A program made the translations under genes and the position numbers. The notes below the pieces were generated by a model, which made no database searches, had not been told where the DNA came from, and saw only the letters and a program-made list of their open reading frames with translations. Shown here piece after piece: positions 28,649 through 38,529 of a stretch of 64,000 bases of DNA. Numbering within the stretch: the stretch's first letter is position 1; each line of letters starts with the position of its first letter. Source of the stretch: a bacterium (lineage in GTDB: Bacteria; Actinomycetota; Acidimicrobiia; Spongiisociales; UBA5794); assembly GCA_024228555.1 (NCBI GenBank), contig JAAETI010000489.1, forward strand, positions 8,332 to 72,331, in the 5' to 3' direction.

Positions 28649-29794
28649 CTACGGCCAGGCGACCACACCATCGAGATCTGGGACCGACCGCAGGAAGCGG
28701 GCTATCCCACCAACCGGGGCGGGGAACGTCGTCATACCGCCAGAAGCAATGTCCACAACGGTGGCATAGGGGTAGACAGCGCCTTCCTCAATGAGGTTGA
28801 TCAGCACGTAGTCGTCATCAAGGTCCAACGAATCGATCCCTGCGACGGCCGGAACCTCGGGCAGAGTGACACTGATGATGAGATCACCACTGGCGACATC
28901 GCGGACCTCGATCTCCGGGATAGTGGGAAACCCGCCAGCATTCGGGGCGAGACGCCCCAGGGCCACCTCAGTTCCGTCCGGGGATAGATCGGCATACCAG
29001 AAACACTCAAACGGAACGCAGTCGAACCCACCATCGGGAATGGAATTGGCGGGAGACTCAAAGACCTCTCCCCCGAGATCGGTGAAGACAAGGAAGAAGT
29101 ACGCCTCCCCAGCCCCGTTCCTGACAATCGAGTTTCCTCCAACCGATATCGGCGACGTGCCCGACTCCCAACCACCCACAACACTGACCTCGTCCACAGT
29201 CTTGGCGTCCAGGTCAAACCGCCGCAACGTCTGTTCAGCGGTATCTGGTAGGTCGCCGGAACGACGGGTGTAGTAGATGTGGGTGCTTCCGCCCTGGGTG
29301 GCAGTGTCCTCCAGTTTCAAGCCTTGGTCGGCGGCCGGCACCAGCAACTCCTGCAGTGTCGAAGACCCTTGCGGCACCCAATAGATGATCGAATCGTTGC
29401 CGAGGAAGAACCATGGGTTGCGATGCGGTTGCACGATGAGACCGCCCCGGGTGTCGTCGACGGCAAAGTCGAGTATCCCGCCGACGGCACCAGGATCGGC
29501 CGCCACAACGTGACTCACCACGCCATCAACCGTGGCGACAAACACCCCGTCCTCGTTCGTGATCAGCATCGCCCCGGCCGGAGGGATCGCTGCCGGAGGC
29601 TCGGTTGTTGTCGTCGGTGCCGATGTGGTTGTGGTGGGGGCCGGAACGGTGGAAGTGGTCGCCGCCGGAGCGACTGTCATCGTTGTCTCGGCCGCTGCGG
29701 AACTCGTTGTCGTTCCCTCGTCTGCCGAGTCGCCTCCACATGCTGCAACCAGAAGCACAAAGACGGTGGCGGTAGCAATCAATCGGTTTCGCAA
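28649..29794 (-). CDS. Lipoprotein with Thr-rich linker and probable beta-propeller domain
   Basis: TTG start after GGAGAGAG, lipobox LVAAC, TTT-rich linker, beta-rich body (ADLSPDGTEVA). Confidence 0.8.
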   Translation of the reverse strand: MRNRLIATATVFVLLVAACGGDSADEGTTTSSAAAETTMTVAPAATTSTVPAPTTTTSAPTTTTEPPAAIPPAGAMLITNEDGVFVATVDGVVSHVVAADPGAVGGILDFAVDDTRGGLIVQPHRNPWFFLGNDSIIYWVPQGSSTLQELLVPAADQGLKLEDTATQGGSTHIYYTRRSGDLPDTAEQTLRRFDLDAKTVDEVSVVGGWESGTSPISVGGNSIVRNGAGEAYFFLVFTDLGGEVFESPANSIPDGGFDCVPFECFWYADLSPDGTEVALGRLAPNAGGFPTIPEIEVRDVASGDLIISVTLPEVPAVAGIDSLDLDDDYVLINLIEEGAVYPYATVVDIASGGMTTFPAPVGGIARFLRSVPDLDGVVAWP

Positions 29795-29872
29795 GTCTCT
29801 CTCCTGGAACGGTTGTCTACATGACACACCAAGATGTCGCCAGATACCACTAAATGGTCGAGCCGCCCGCCG

Positions 29873-31018
29873 CTAACGCCCTTGAACCCACGTGACAATT
29901 CTGTGTGCGGCCTCGGTGATGTCTTCGGTCGATTCGGAATACGAGAGACGTATGTAGCGATGACCGGCGACGGGGTCGAAATCGATTCCTGGGGTACACG
30001 CCACACCAATTTCGTCCAGCCAAATCTGACATAGAGCCTGGCTGTTGTCGGTCAGATGAGAGACATCGACATAGAAGTAGAACGCACCATCGGGGGAAGC
30101 AAAGTGATCCAGACCAACAGAGCCGAGCCCGGCGAGCAACACCTGTCGATTGGCGGCATAGCGGGCAACGTTGCCGTCGAGTTCGGCCGTCGCATCGAAA
30201 GCGGCGACCGCGGCGAGCTGCGACAGAGTCGGCGGGGAGATGAACAGGTTCTGCGCCAGACGCTCGATGGGACGGACCAACTCGTCGGGAGCAACCATCC
30301 AGCCCAACCGCCACCCGGTCATCGAGAAGTACTTGGAGAAACTCTGCAGGACCACTGCCTCGGATTCGACACTGAGGGCCGTGGGAACCTGGGTTCCGTA
30401 CTCAATGCCGTGATAGATCTCGTCGGCGATCAAACGGATCCCTTTTGATCGGCAATACGCTGCAATATCTGCCAACTCGGCTGCAGTCAATGCGGTGCCC
30501 GTTGGATTGGCCGGGCTTGCCAGCATGAGCCCATCGAGCGGGCCTGCCTGATCGAGCAAGCTGCTCGTCGGAACAAAGCGGGTGTCCGGCCCGACGGGGA
30601 CCGCAACCGCTTCTACCCCAAAGGCCTCCAGAGTGTTTCGGTAGCAAGGGTATCCAGGTTGGGTGACCGCGACTCGGTCGCCGACATCGAAAGCAGCGAG
30701 GAACCCCAAGACGAAACCGCCTGATGCGCCCATTGTGACGATGACACGGTCCGGCTCGACCACAACGCCGTATCGCTGCGCATAATGGGCAGCGATACGC
30801 TCCCGCAACACGGGAAGACCGGTTGCCCCCGTGTAACCGAGACGGTCGGCGTCGAGCGCAGCGTGTGCTGCCGCCCGTACTGCCGCAGGCGCCGCAGTAC
30901 TCGGTTGCCCCACCTCCAAATGGAGCACCGCTCCTGTGGCGAGCTCGCGTTCAGCGGCAGCCTTCATAACCTCCATCACGTAGAACGGAGGGATCTCTGC
31001 CCTGTTGGCCACCTTCAT
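29873..31018 (-). CDS. PLP-dependent aminotransferase class I/II
   Basis: LEVGQP, SPANPTG, ADEIYHG, SFSKYFSMTGWRLGW. Confidence 0.93.
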   Translation of the reverse strand: MKVANRAEIPPFYVMEVMKAAAERELATGAVLHLEVGQPSTAAPAAVRAAAHAALDADRLGYTGATGLPVLRERIAAHYAQRYGVVVEPDRVIVTMGASGGFVLGFLAAFDVGDRVAVTQPGYPCYRNTLEAFGVEAVAVPVGPDTRFVPTSSLLDQAGPLDGLMLASPANPTGTALTAAELADIAAYCRSKGIRLIADEIYHGIEYGTQVPTALSVESEAVVLQSFSKYFSMTGWRLGWMVAPDELVRPIERLAQNLFISPPTLSQLAAVAAFDATAELDGNVARYAANRQVLLAGLGSVGLDHFASPDGAFYFYVDVSHLTDNSQALCQIWLDEIGVACTPGIDFDPVAGHRYIRLSYSESTEDITEAAHRIVTWVQGR

Positions 31019-31054
31019 GACATCGGAGACTAACGATCGCGGCCGGCTCGGGCG

Positions 31055-32644
31055 CTACAAATGAACCTTGGTGATTCGTTCAATCGGATCGGTCTTGGAC
31101 AGGCGCTCGATGGTCTCGTCGGGCACGTTGGAATCGACACTGATAAACGAGACCGCATACCCTCCTGGTTCGGAACGCCCGGTGCGCCAGGTGGCAATGT
31201 TGACACCCAGCTCGCCGAGCATGGTGCCGACTTTCCCAATGAAACCGGGCTCATCATGGCTGACGGTAACCAGGATGGTGCCTTCCGGGATCACGTCAAT
31301 ACGAAGACCGTCGACATCGACGATCCGCGGCTCGTCGTGGCTGAACAACGATGCAGCCGCGGTGCGGGTACCACCGTCCCACTCCACTCTGCACGAAATG
31401 ATGTTCGGGTAGTCAGTCGTATGCAGCCCGGTTGTCTGGGCGACAATGATCCCCCGCTCGATAGCCACATGAGGTGCGTTTACATAGTTGACGGATCCAG
31501 TTGGGACGGGCTCGAGAACCCCTTTGAGAATGGCGACGGTAATCGGCTTGATGTAGTCATCGATGACTTCGCCTTCTACTGATACCTCGACCTTGGTAAT
31601 GGCGTCCTCGGCTAGCTGTGTCTGCAGACTGCCCAAGCGCTCCGCCATCCCCAGAAACGGCCGGAGCTCCTTGAGTACGTGACGGTCGACCACAGGCATG
31701 TTCACCGCATTGCGGAAGTCGTCTCCGTGCAGAGCATCAACCACCTGCTGGACGATCTGCATGCCAACCTCGCGCTGCGCTTCTTGGGTACTGGCTGCGA
31801 GGTGCGGCGTCACCACGACGTTGCTCATGTGCAACAGCGGGTTGTCCATGTCGGGTGGCTCTTTGGTGAGCACGTCGAGACCGGCCCCAGCTACGTGTCC
31901 GCTTTGCAGCGCCTCGATGAGGGCATCCTCGTCGATGAGTCCGCCGCGGGCTGCGTTGATGATCCGCACACCGGGCTTCATCTTGGCAATCGCTTCTTTG
32001 CCGATGAGGCCCTTGGTGTTGGGAGTAAGGGCGGCATGCAGAGTTACGAAATCGGAGCGTTCCAGCAGCTCGTCGAACGAGACGCGCTCAATATGCATCT
32101 CGTGGGCCCGGTCATCGCTGAGGTACGGGTCAAAGCAGATGACCTCCATGCCAAAGGCGCGGCTTCGCCGGGCGACCCGGCGTCCGATGCGGCCCAGCCC
32201 GACAACGCCGAGCGTCTTGCCGCGGAGTTCGGTTCCCTTGAAGAGCTTCCGCTCCCATTTCCCGGAGCTGAGGCTGGCCGCGGCCTGGGGCACATTGCGA
32301 CACATACCTAGCAGCAGCGCCATGGTGTGCTCGGCGGTGGCAACGGTATTGGCCCCCGGTGTGTTCATCACGATCACGCCACGCTCGCTGGCAGCCTGCA
32401 GATCGATGTTGTCGACACCGACTCCAGCGCGCCCGATGACCTGCAGTTCGTCCGCAGCCGCGATCACCTCGGCCGTCGCCTTGGCACTGCTGCGCACCAT
32501 CAGACCGTGATAGCCGGGGATAGTCTCAGCAAGCTGTTCGGGGCTGAGACCCTTGATGACATCAAACTCGATGTCGTCGACAGACCGGAGCAGCTCAACT
32601 GCTTCCGGCGAGAGGTCATCAGTCACGAGTAGTCGAAACGCCAT
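31055..32644 (-). CDS. serA: D-3-phosphoglycerate dehydrogenase (long form with ASB and ACT domains)
   Basis: RAGVGVDNID, GVVGLGRIG, INAARGG, TPHLAASTQEAQ, C-terminal DEPGFIGKVG ACT domain. Confidence 0.95.
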   Translation of the reverse strand: MAFRLLVTDDLSPEAVELLRSVDDIEFDVIKGLSPEQLAETIPGYHGLMVRSSAKATAEVIAAADELQVIGRAGVGVDNIDLQAASERGVIVMNTPGANTVATAEHTMALLLGMCRNVPQAAASLSSGKWERKLFKGTELRGKTLGVVGLGRIGRRVARRSRAFGMEVICFDPYLSDDRAHEMHIERVSFDELLERSDFVTLHAALTPNTKGLIGKEAIAKMKPGVRIINAARGGLIDEDALIEALQSGHVAGAGLDVLTKEPPDMDNPLLHMSNVVVTPHLAASTQEAQREVGMQIVQQVVDALHGDDFRNAVNMPVVDRHVLKELRPFLGMAERLGSLQTQLAEDAITKVEVSVEGEVIDDYIKPITVAILKGVLEPVPTGSVNYVNAPHVAIERGIIVAQTTGLHTTDYPNIISCRVEWDGGTRTAAASLFSHDEPRIVDVDGLRIDVIPEGTILVTVSHDEPGFIGKVGTMLGELGVNIATWRTGRSEPGGYAVSFISVDSNVPDETIERLSKTDPIERITKVHL

Positions 32645-32648
32645 CGGA

Positions 32649-33470
32649 TCAGCCTTTCCGGACGATCACCTCGCCGGCCTCGGACCGGGCCCGGCTCTCC
32701 TCCAATACGTGTTGATACACGGTACCTGAAAGGTCCATTTGCTCCGATTCGGTAAGTGCCAATTGCAGCACCGGTGCCAGCGAATCACCGACCACCAACA
32801 CGTCTGATTCGGCCACGACATGGGGCCGTGACACAACGCCGGTGTAGCCAACGAAGAGGTCGACGGACCCACGGGCGGCGAGATCACTCACACCGTCACC
32901 AATCAGGATGGACCGACCACGACGCTCCCCCAGCATCTCAGTCACGACCTCAGACTTGCCCTCTGATTGAACCAGCGGGGTCTCTTCGGAGTCCTTGTAC
33001 TCGACGTCGTTGCGTTGACCCCATTGGTCTTGGAGATAATCCCACCACTCGCCAGAAAGCTCGTCATAGAGCAGGTTGACAGCTCGGATGTGATCGTGAG
33101 GCACACCAAGCCAGCGGCCAAAGGGCCGAACCGCAGCCAGCAGACCACCGGAGACAATGAACACCTCTTTGCCTGCCTCGTGGAGTGCGCCAATCACTTC
33201 GGCCGCATGCCGCACCACGGTAGTTCGATAGAGAGCGTCGATTCCGGCCACCTCGGCATGGGTGGGGGCCAACATCTCGAGTCTGCGGTCGTACACGCTG
33301 TGCAGGTATACCTCGCCGTCCATGGCAGCATCCGTCATCGCCTTGACCTCGTCGAACTTGCCCTTCATCCGGGCCAATTCGTCGATTCCCTCGATGGCGC
33401 TGAGGGTGCTGTCGCAATCGAAGAAGATGTAGTCGAATCCGTCAGCAGAATGGAGTGCGGTGCTTGCCAT
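32649..33470 (-). CDS. serB: HAD-family phosphoserine phosphatase-like protein
   Basis: FFDCDSTL (DxDST), VSGG, IGDGVSDL; adjacent to serA. ATG at 33470. Confidence 0.8.
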   Translation of the reverse strand: MASTALHSADGFDYIFFDCDSTLSAIEGIDELARMKGKFDEVKAMTDAAMDGEVYLHSVYDRRLEMLAPTHAEVAGIDALYRTTVVRHAAEVIGALHEAGKEVFIVSGGLLAAVRPFGRWLGVPHDHIRAVNLLYDELSGEWWDYLQDQWGQRNDVEYKDSEETPLVQSEGKSEVVTEMLGERRGRSILIGDGVSDLAARGSVDLFVGYTGVVSRPHVVAESDVLVVGDSLAPVLQLALTESEQMDLSGTVYQHVLEESRARSEAGEVIVRKG

Positions 33471-33542
33471 TTGTCCCGGCCAGTGGTTGTGAAGCCCCGG
33501 ACAATACACAACCTGTCGAGGGCCAATGCTGCGCACGCGCAA

Positions 33543-34517
33543 CTAGCTGTCGTAGACCGCAGGGTTGGCGCAGGCTTCAAGACGCTGCCCAGACAGGCCG
33601 AGGAGCAGGTTGCGGGCGGCAAGGTCCGCCATGTCGGCTCGTGTCCGCTCCGAGGCGCTTCCCAAGTGAGGGGTGACCACACAGTTGGGGAGCTGCGCCA
33701 AAGGATGGTCGGCTCGCAACGGCTCCGGGTCGGTCACGTCGAGGCCGGCGGCGGCAATGGTGCCGGTGCGCAAGGCCCGGACGAGCGCATCGGTATCGAC
33801 AAGCGGGCCGCGGGCAATGTTGACAAGCGTGGCCGTTGGCTTCATCAAGCGAAGCGCCTTCTCATCGATGAGCCGGTAGGTGCCGGGGCCGAGCGAGGCA
33901 GCAATGACAACGTGATCTGCTGTTGCCAAGAGTCCGGACATGTCCCGACGAACCACCCCCAGCTCAGCTTCAATCTCAGGCTTGGCGTTTGGGCTGGTGT
34001 AGACAATCGACATTCCGAAACCCTTGGCGCGTCGTGCGATGGCGGCGCCAATCCGGCCCATACCAACTATCCCAATCACCGATGAGTGCACGTCCTGGCC
34101 CAACAGGAGCTCGGGCTTCCACTCTCCCCACTGGTCCGCACGGACATGACTTACGCCTTCGCCCATCCGACGGGCCGCGGCCAAGAGCAAACCCATGGCC
34201 AGGTCGGCGGTCGCTTCGGTGAGAACACCGGGGGTGTGCCCGACCGGTATCCCACGCTCGGTGCAAGCAACGAGGTCCACATTGTCAACCCCGACCGCCA
34301 TGTTCGATATCACCCGCAATTTCGGTGCAGCATCGAGCAGCTCACGATCGATGCGCTCGGTGAGCATGCAGTAGAGACCCGACACATCCGCAACCCTTCG
34401 CAGCAGCTCGTTGCGGGGGATTACCCCGTCCACCGACCACAGCTCAACGTGTCCGACATCGCCGAGCACACGGAGGGCATCACCGGGAGGACGACGGGTA
34501 ACATAGATTGACATCAC
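33543..34517 (-). CDS. D-glycerate dehydrogenase / glyoxylate reductase (D-2-hydroxyacid dehydrogenase family)
   Basis: MAVGVDNVD, TPGVLTEATAD, GIVGMGRIG, NIARG, LDVTDPEP, PHLGSA. Confidence 0.92.
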   Translation of the reverse strand: MMSIYVTRRPPGDALRVLGDVGHVELWSVDGVIPRNELLRRVADVSGLYCMLTERIDRELLDAAPKLRVISNMAVGVDNVDLVACTERGIPVGHTPGVLTEATADLAMGLLLAAARRMGEGVSHVRADQWGEWKPELLLGQDVHSSVIGIVGMGRIGAAIARRAKGFGMSIVYTSPNAKPEIEAELGVVRRDMSGLLATADHVVIAASLGPGTYRLIDEKALRLMKPTATLVNIARGPLVDTDALVRALRTGTIAAAGLDVTDPEPLRADHPLAQLPNCVVTPHLGSASERTRADMADLAARNLLLGLSGQRLEACANPAVYDS

Positions 34518-34551
34518 GGCGCAATATTACGTGCTTGGCGGTTGCCGAGGA

Positions 34552-37251
34552 CTAGTCGTTGGCGCCGCGGCTCTTCTTGCGAAGATTGGCCATCGTGGTC
34601 ATGTTCGACTTGGCCTGATTGCCCAGACGAGGGAGCTGGGCTGAGCGGCTGCGATAGCGGCTCTCCCGTTGCTTGGGATCATGCTCATCGTCGTCGTCCG
34701 ATGCGCCATCCCCGCCGTCAGCATCGCTGGGCCGATCGGCGCCATCATCACGATCCACCGGCGTTGGCCAGGCCATGCGGGTACGGGGTTGCTCATCAAG
34801 ATCCTCGCTGAGACGATCCAGATCGACCGGCTCATCGTTACTGAGATCGGCCGCCGCCGCATCCGGAGCAACCTGCTCCAGAAGCGCACTCAAGCGATCG
34901 GCAGGATCGCCACCGTCAGCGTCCTCGTCCTCATCGGTTGCCAGGTCAACACTCGGGAAGGCAGCTTCCTGATCTTCTTCCGCGGAATCCTCCGGTGCAG
35001 CTTCCTCTTGCACAAGAGGTGTCGTCTCGTGGGATGAGACGTCGGCAGCGAGGGGTTCGGCGGACGAGATGCCTCTTGCGGAAACCAGCATTGCTTCTGG
35101 ATCCTCTTGTTTGGCTGCGAAGGATCGCTCCCGCTCGGCGAGTTCTTGCTCACGCTGGATGATGTCTTCGCGTTGACGACGAAGCTCCTCCGACATTGCG
35201 ACTTCTTGCTCCGCCTCGGCAAGGAGGGCAGCGAGATCGTCACCCGAATCCGCAGCATCCGATTCGGCGGCAAGATGGGCTGCAGCGGCTTCCTCAGCCT
35301 CGGCGACCAATGCCGCGGCCTTCTCCTCGGCTTCAACGAGCGCCGCAGCGGCCTTCTCCTCAGAATCGGCCTTGACCTTCTCCGCTTCAGCCTGCGCCGC
35401 AGCGATGGTCTGCTCAGCCTCTTCCTTGGCAGAGGCTGCCGCCTCCTGCGCCTCCCGAGCGAGATCATCCGCCTCGATCCTGGCACTGGCCACGATGTCT
35501 TCGCGGGCGTCACCCATGGAGCGATGTGCCTCGGCGAGGTCCTCCGCCTCGATCTTGGAACGGACCGCCTGTGATCGGGCATCCTCGGCCTGGGCGGTCA
35601 GGGTTGCAACAGTTTGACGGACCTGATCGGCCTCTTCACGGGCCTTGGTAATGACCTTGGCGGCTCGCTGCTCGGCTCGTTCCTCGGCATCCGCCTCGAT
35701 GGCTTCCGCTTCGGAACGGGCGGCGACAAGAATCGCTTCGGCTTCGGTGTTGGCTTCCTCGAGATCCAGAGGTTCGGCCTCATCGGAACCTGAGCCCTTG
35801 AGCTCGGTCTCCAGTGCGGCGATTCTGTCCTGGGCCTCAGCAAGGTTCTGCTCGCTGCTTGCCACTGCTGCCTGCAGCTCCGCCACGCCGTCCACATCAC
35901 CGGCGTCGGCGGCAGCCAGGCTGGCTACTTGGCTGATTTCGGCGAGGAGAGCCGCACTGTCTTCCTTGCCGAGCGAGTTGGTGAAGGCGGACTCAAGCGC
36001 GGCCATCCGGTGCGCAAAGTCTTCAGTCTCTGCGTTCTGGCGGTGTTCGGCTAGCTCCGCTTCGATAGCAGCAAGGACATCGCCGGTTGCTGCCGAGCTT
36101 TCCGTTTGCTGACGAACCTCGTCGAGTTCGGCGGTGCGCACAGCCGACTCGTCCTGTGCCGCCTGCAACTGTTCCTTGACAGCTGCCATCTCGTCTGCGG
36201 CAGCAACGGAGTCTGCTTCGAGCCGCTCGAGTTTGGCCTGTGTCGCGGACAGGTCATCGAGCTGGGCCACCGACTCCTGCTGTTTGGACTCGAGCTGTTC
36301 GTTGGCCGCAGACAGCTGTTCGCGGAGAGTGGTCTCACCCTCTGAAGCTGTCTCCTGCAGCTTTGTGACTTCTTCGCTCTTGGCGTCTAGCTCGACACGA
36401 ACCGCAGCTAGGTCTTGCCTGAGCTGGTCGACTTCGGCATCTTTGGCGGTGACTACTGACTCGGTCTCAGCGACATAGGACTTGCTCTGCTCCAGCGCTT
36501 CCTCCGCCGCAGCAACCGCACCGCTGAGGGTTGCAACTTGCTCGTCGCGAGAGCTCAGTTCCTCGGCAAGCCTCTCGACGTCCGCCTGCGATGCTTTGAG
36601 ATGCTCGGCAAGCTCGGCGAAACGCTTCTCCAAGTCCTCCGATGGGGAGCTGCCCGCATCACCTTCAAGCTGAACAATGCGATGGCGGGCTGCGTCCAAT
36701 TCTTCCTTGACGGAAGCGGTGTCGTCGTGGGCGCGACGTACCTGAGCGGAGAGGGCGGTGATTTCGGCTTCGAGGTTCTCGACTACATCACTGCTTGCAT
36801 CGTTACGTAGCCGATCGGCTTCCCGCCGTGCCGCGGCAACAATCTCGTCGGCCTGGGTCCGGGCCGCTGCGATCTCTCCGGCAGCTGGGCCGTCGCCGCC
36901 ACCAGAGTCGACCAGGGCTGCCTCGCGGATCCGTCCCGCCTCGCTGTGAGCTTCCTCTTCGATCTCGTCGGCGCGTCGGCGCGCCCTGTCGAGGATGCGA
37001 TCCTTGGCATCGAATACGGCCATCATTGCGTTGTCAACGGATACCCGCTCAGTGGCGCGGGCCTTGCCTAGATCTCCTTCGAGTTCGCTGACGCGCTGTG
37101 AGGTGCGGCGTGCGTGGCCCTCTAGCTCGCGGAAAGCCTGCTCGAGGTCCTCGAGATAATCCCGGACCTCGCGCTTGTCGTAACCCCGGCGGCTTGGACT
37201 GAACTTGCGTTCATCTATGCGCTGGGCGAGTTGGCTTCGTTCTTCACTCAC
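34552..37251 (-). CDS. DivIVA-domain long coiled-coil protein with acidic disordered C-terminal region
   Basis: N-terminal IDERKFSPSRRGYDKREVRDYLEDL DivIVA motif; ~650 aa of Ala/Glu-rich heptads; Asp/Glu-rich tail and basic terminus. Confidence 0.85.
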   Translation of the reverse strand: MSEERSQLAQRIDERKFSPSRRGYDKREVRDYLEDLEQAFRELEGHARRTSQRVSELEGDLGKARATERVSVDNAMMAVFDAKDRILDRARRRADEIEEEAHSEAGRIREAALVDSGGGDGPAAGEIAAARTQADEIVAAARREADRLRNDASSDVVENLEAEITALSAQVRRAHDDTASVKEELDAARHRIVQLEGDAGSSPSEDLEKRFAELAEHLKASQADVERLAEELSSRDEQVATLSGAVAAAEEALEQSKSYVAETESVVTAKDAEVDQLRQDLAAVRVELDAKSEEVTKLQETASEGETTLREQLSAANEQLESKQQESVAQLDDLSATQAKLERLEADSVAAADEMAAVKEQLQAAQDESAVRTAELDEVRQQTESSAATGDVLAAIEAELAEHRQNAETEDFAHRMAALESAFTNSLGKEDSAALLAEISQVASLAAADAGDVDGVAELQAAVASSEQNLAEAQDRIAALETELKGSGSDEAEPLDLEEANTEAEAILVAARSEAEAIEADAEERAEQRAAKVITKAREEADQVRQTVATLTAQAEDARSQAVRSKIEAEDLAEAHRSMGDAREDIVASARIEADDLAREAQEAAASAKEEAEQTIAAAQAEAEKVKADSEEKAAAALVEAEEKAAALVAEAEEAAAAHLAAESDAADSGDDLAALLAEAEQEVAMSEELRRQREDIIQREQELAERERSFAAKQEDPEAMLVSARGISSAEPLAADVSSHETTPLVQEEAAPEDSAEEDQEAAFPSVDLATDEDEDADGGDPADRLSALLEQVAPDAAAADLSNDEPVDLDRLSEDLDEQPRTRMAWPTPVDRDDGADRPSDADGGDGASDDDDEHDPKQRESRYRSRSAQLPRLGNQAKSNMTTMANLRKKSRGAND

Positions 37252-37311
37252 CCCGTAGCTATCGGCAGATATTGCGTCCGCTTGATAGACAGAATCAGGG
37301 ACCCAGGAGGA

Positions 37312-38121
37312 TTAGATAACCTGGCTGATGCCCTCTTCGAACTCCAGATCCGACATTGCGGCTACTGCGAAGTCGTAGTCAGCCATGGCCCCGGCCTGCT
37401 GCTCGTATACAACGGTGCCGGTGTCCTCGTCGGATTCGGTCGACGACAGGTTGAGGGCATCGAGCTGGGCCTTGATGGTCTCCAACTCGGCACGTGCGTA
37501 CATAGCCTTTTCCTGTGCCTGAGCAAGTTTGTGTTCGAACTCCCGCCTGACCCAGTCCACCTCTCGAGCTGCTGCCCGCAACTCGGAGTTCTGCTGCTGC
37601 TCATGCGTGAGCTGTGCCTGCAGACTGGTGATATCGAGCGTTGTGGTGGATTCGAGGTTGTCAATCGACACGTGGGCATCATTTAGCTGCATACGCAGCC
37701 GCTCGCCGTCGGCCTTGCTTTGTGTCAGGTCATGCTCCAACACGCTGACACGCTGCTCGAGTTCCGGTTCGCGGCCGCGGTTCGCTGCCGCCTCTGCAAT
37801 CAATGACGTTGCTTGCTTGCCTGCGTCCTCTTTTATTTCGGTGGCCCGACGCTCGGCCCTGTCCAGCAGACGGTCCTTGACATCAAAAACCGCAATCATC
37901 GCGTTATCGAGGGAAGCTTTCTCGGTAGTGCGGGCTGCACTGAGATCTCGCTCCAGCTCGACCACTTTCTGCGACGTCCGGCGTGAATGGCCTTCGATGT
38001 CCTGGAATGCATGTTCAAGATCCTCGAGATAGGTCTTCACCTCCCGAGTGTCGTAGCCCTTGCGGACCACGGTGAACTTGTGCTCATCGATCCTTTGGGT
38101 GTGTGGTGTTCGCTCTTTCAT
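37312..38121 (-). CDS. DivIVA-domain coiled-coil protein (short paralogue)
   Basis: IDEHKFTVVRKGYDTREVKTYLEDL; shares DNAMxAVFDxKDRxLDRA with the downstream paralogue. Confidence 0.85.
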   Translation of the reverse strand: MKERTPHTQRIDEHKFTVVRKGYDTREVKTYLEDLEHAFQDIEGHSRRTSQKVVELERDLSAARTTEKASLDNAMIAVFDVKDRLLDRAERRATEIKEDAGKQATSLIAEAAANRGREPELEQRVSVLEHDLTQSKADGERLRMQLNDAHVSIDNLESTTTLDITSLQAQLTHEQQQNSELRAAAREVDWVRREFEHKLAQAQEKAMYARAELETIKAQLDALNLSSTESDEDTGTVVYEQQAGAMADYDFAVAAMSDLEFEEGISQVI

Positions 38122-38159
38122 GATTGTGCTGTCGGCAAGACCCCAACGCGTTTCACTAG

Positions 38160-38525
38160 TTATTTCGCGCTATCTCGAAATAGTGCTAAAGGTGTGGGGG
38201 GGCAAGAAGGGCTAGCGCCGACACGAGGATGCTCACCTTCTCCCCCTCCCGGTCTGGTCCTCCCTTCGGTCGTTGCGAACTCACTGTGTGAATTCGTTTG
38301 GCCCCGCCCTCCCACCAGGGGAGAGCTGAAAGAAGCAACGAAGTCGACGTACCCACCCCGTGGGGGTGTTTGAGGGGGCGGGCTTTGTCCCGGCCCCCTC
38401 AAACGTGGTGGAGCGGCTCCGCCGCAACGGCCACCGAAAGCGGGCGACCGAAAGGTCGCACAAACACAAGCACCGGCCCCAAAGGGCCGGCGCTTGTAAC
38501 TCGCTCGAAACCTGTTTCGAGCGAC
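38160..38525 (-). ncRNA. Candidate structured RNA or leader (five or more hairpins), family not recognised
   Basis: Stems at 38501-38524, 38467-38496, 38444-38459, 38368-38404 and 38161-38182. The one mismatch in 38467-38496 becomes a G-U pair on the minus strand. Confidence 0.4.
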
Positions 38526-38529
38526 ACTC

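Noticed and set aside
32967-34085. Long plus-strand ORF (372 aa), and similar long antisense ORFs elsewhere (e.g. 14952-16145, 1656-2492, 44764-45639)
   Set aside because: Typical stop-poor antisense frames of high-GC genes; they lie over confidently identified genes and have no motifs.
38160-38525. RNase P RNA, tmRNA or a known riboswitch
   Set aside because: The GAGGAAAGUCC/P4 signature, tRNA-like ends with a tag ORF, and cobalamin/TPP/SAM/FMN core motifs were not seen; kept only as an unassigned structured region.
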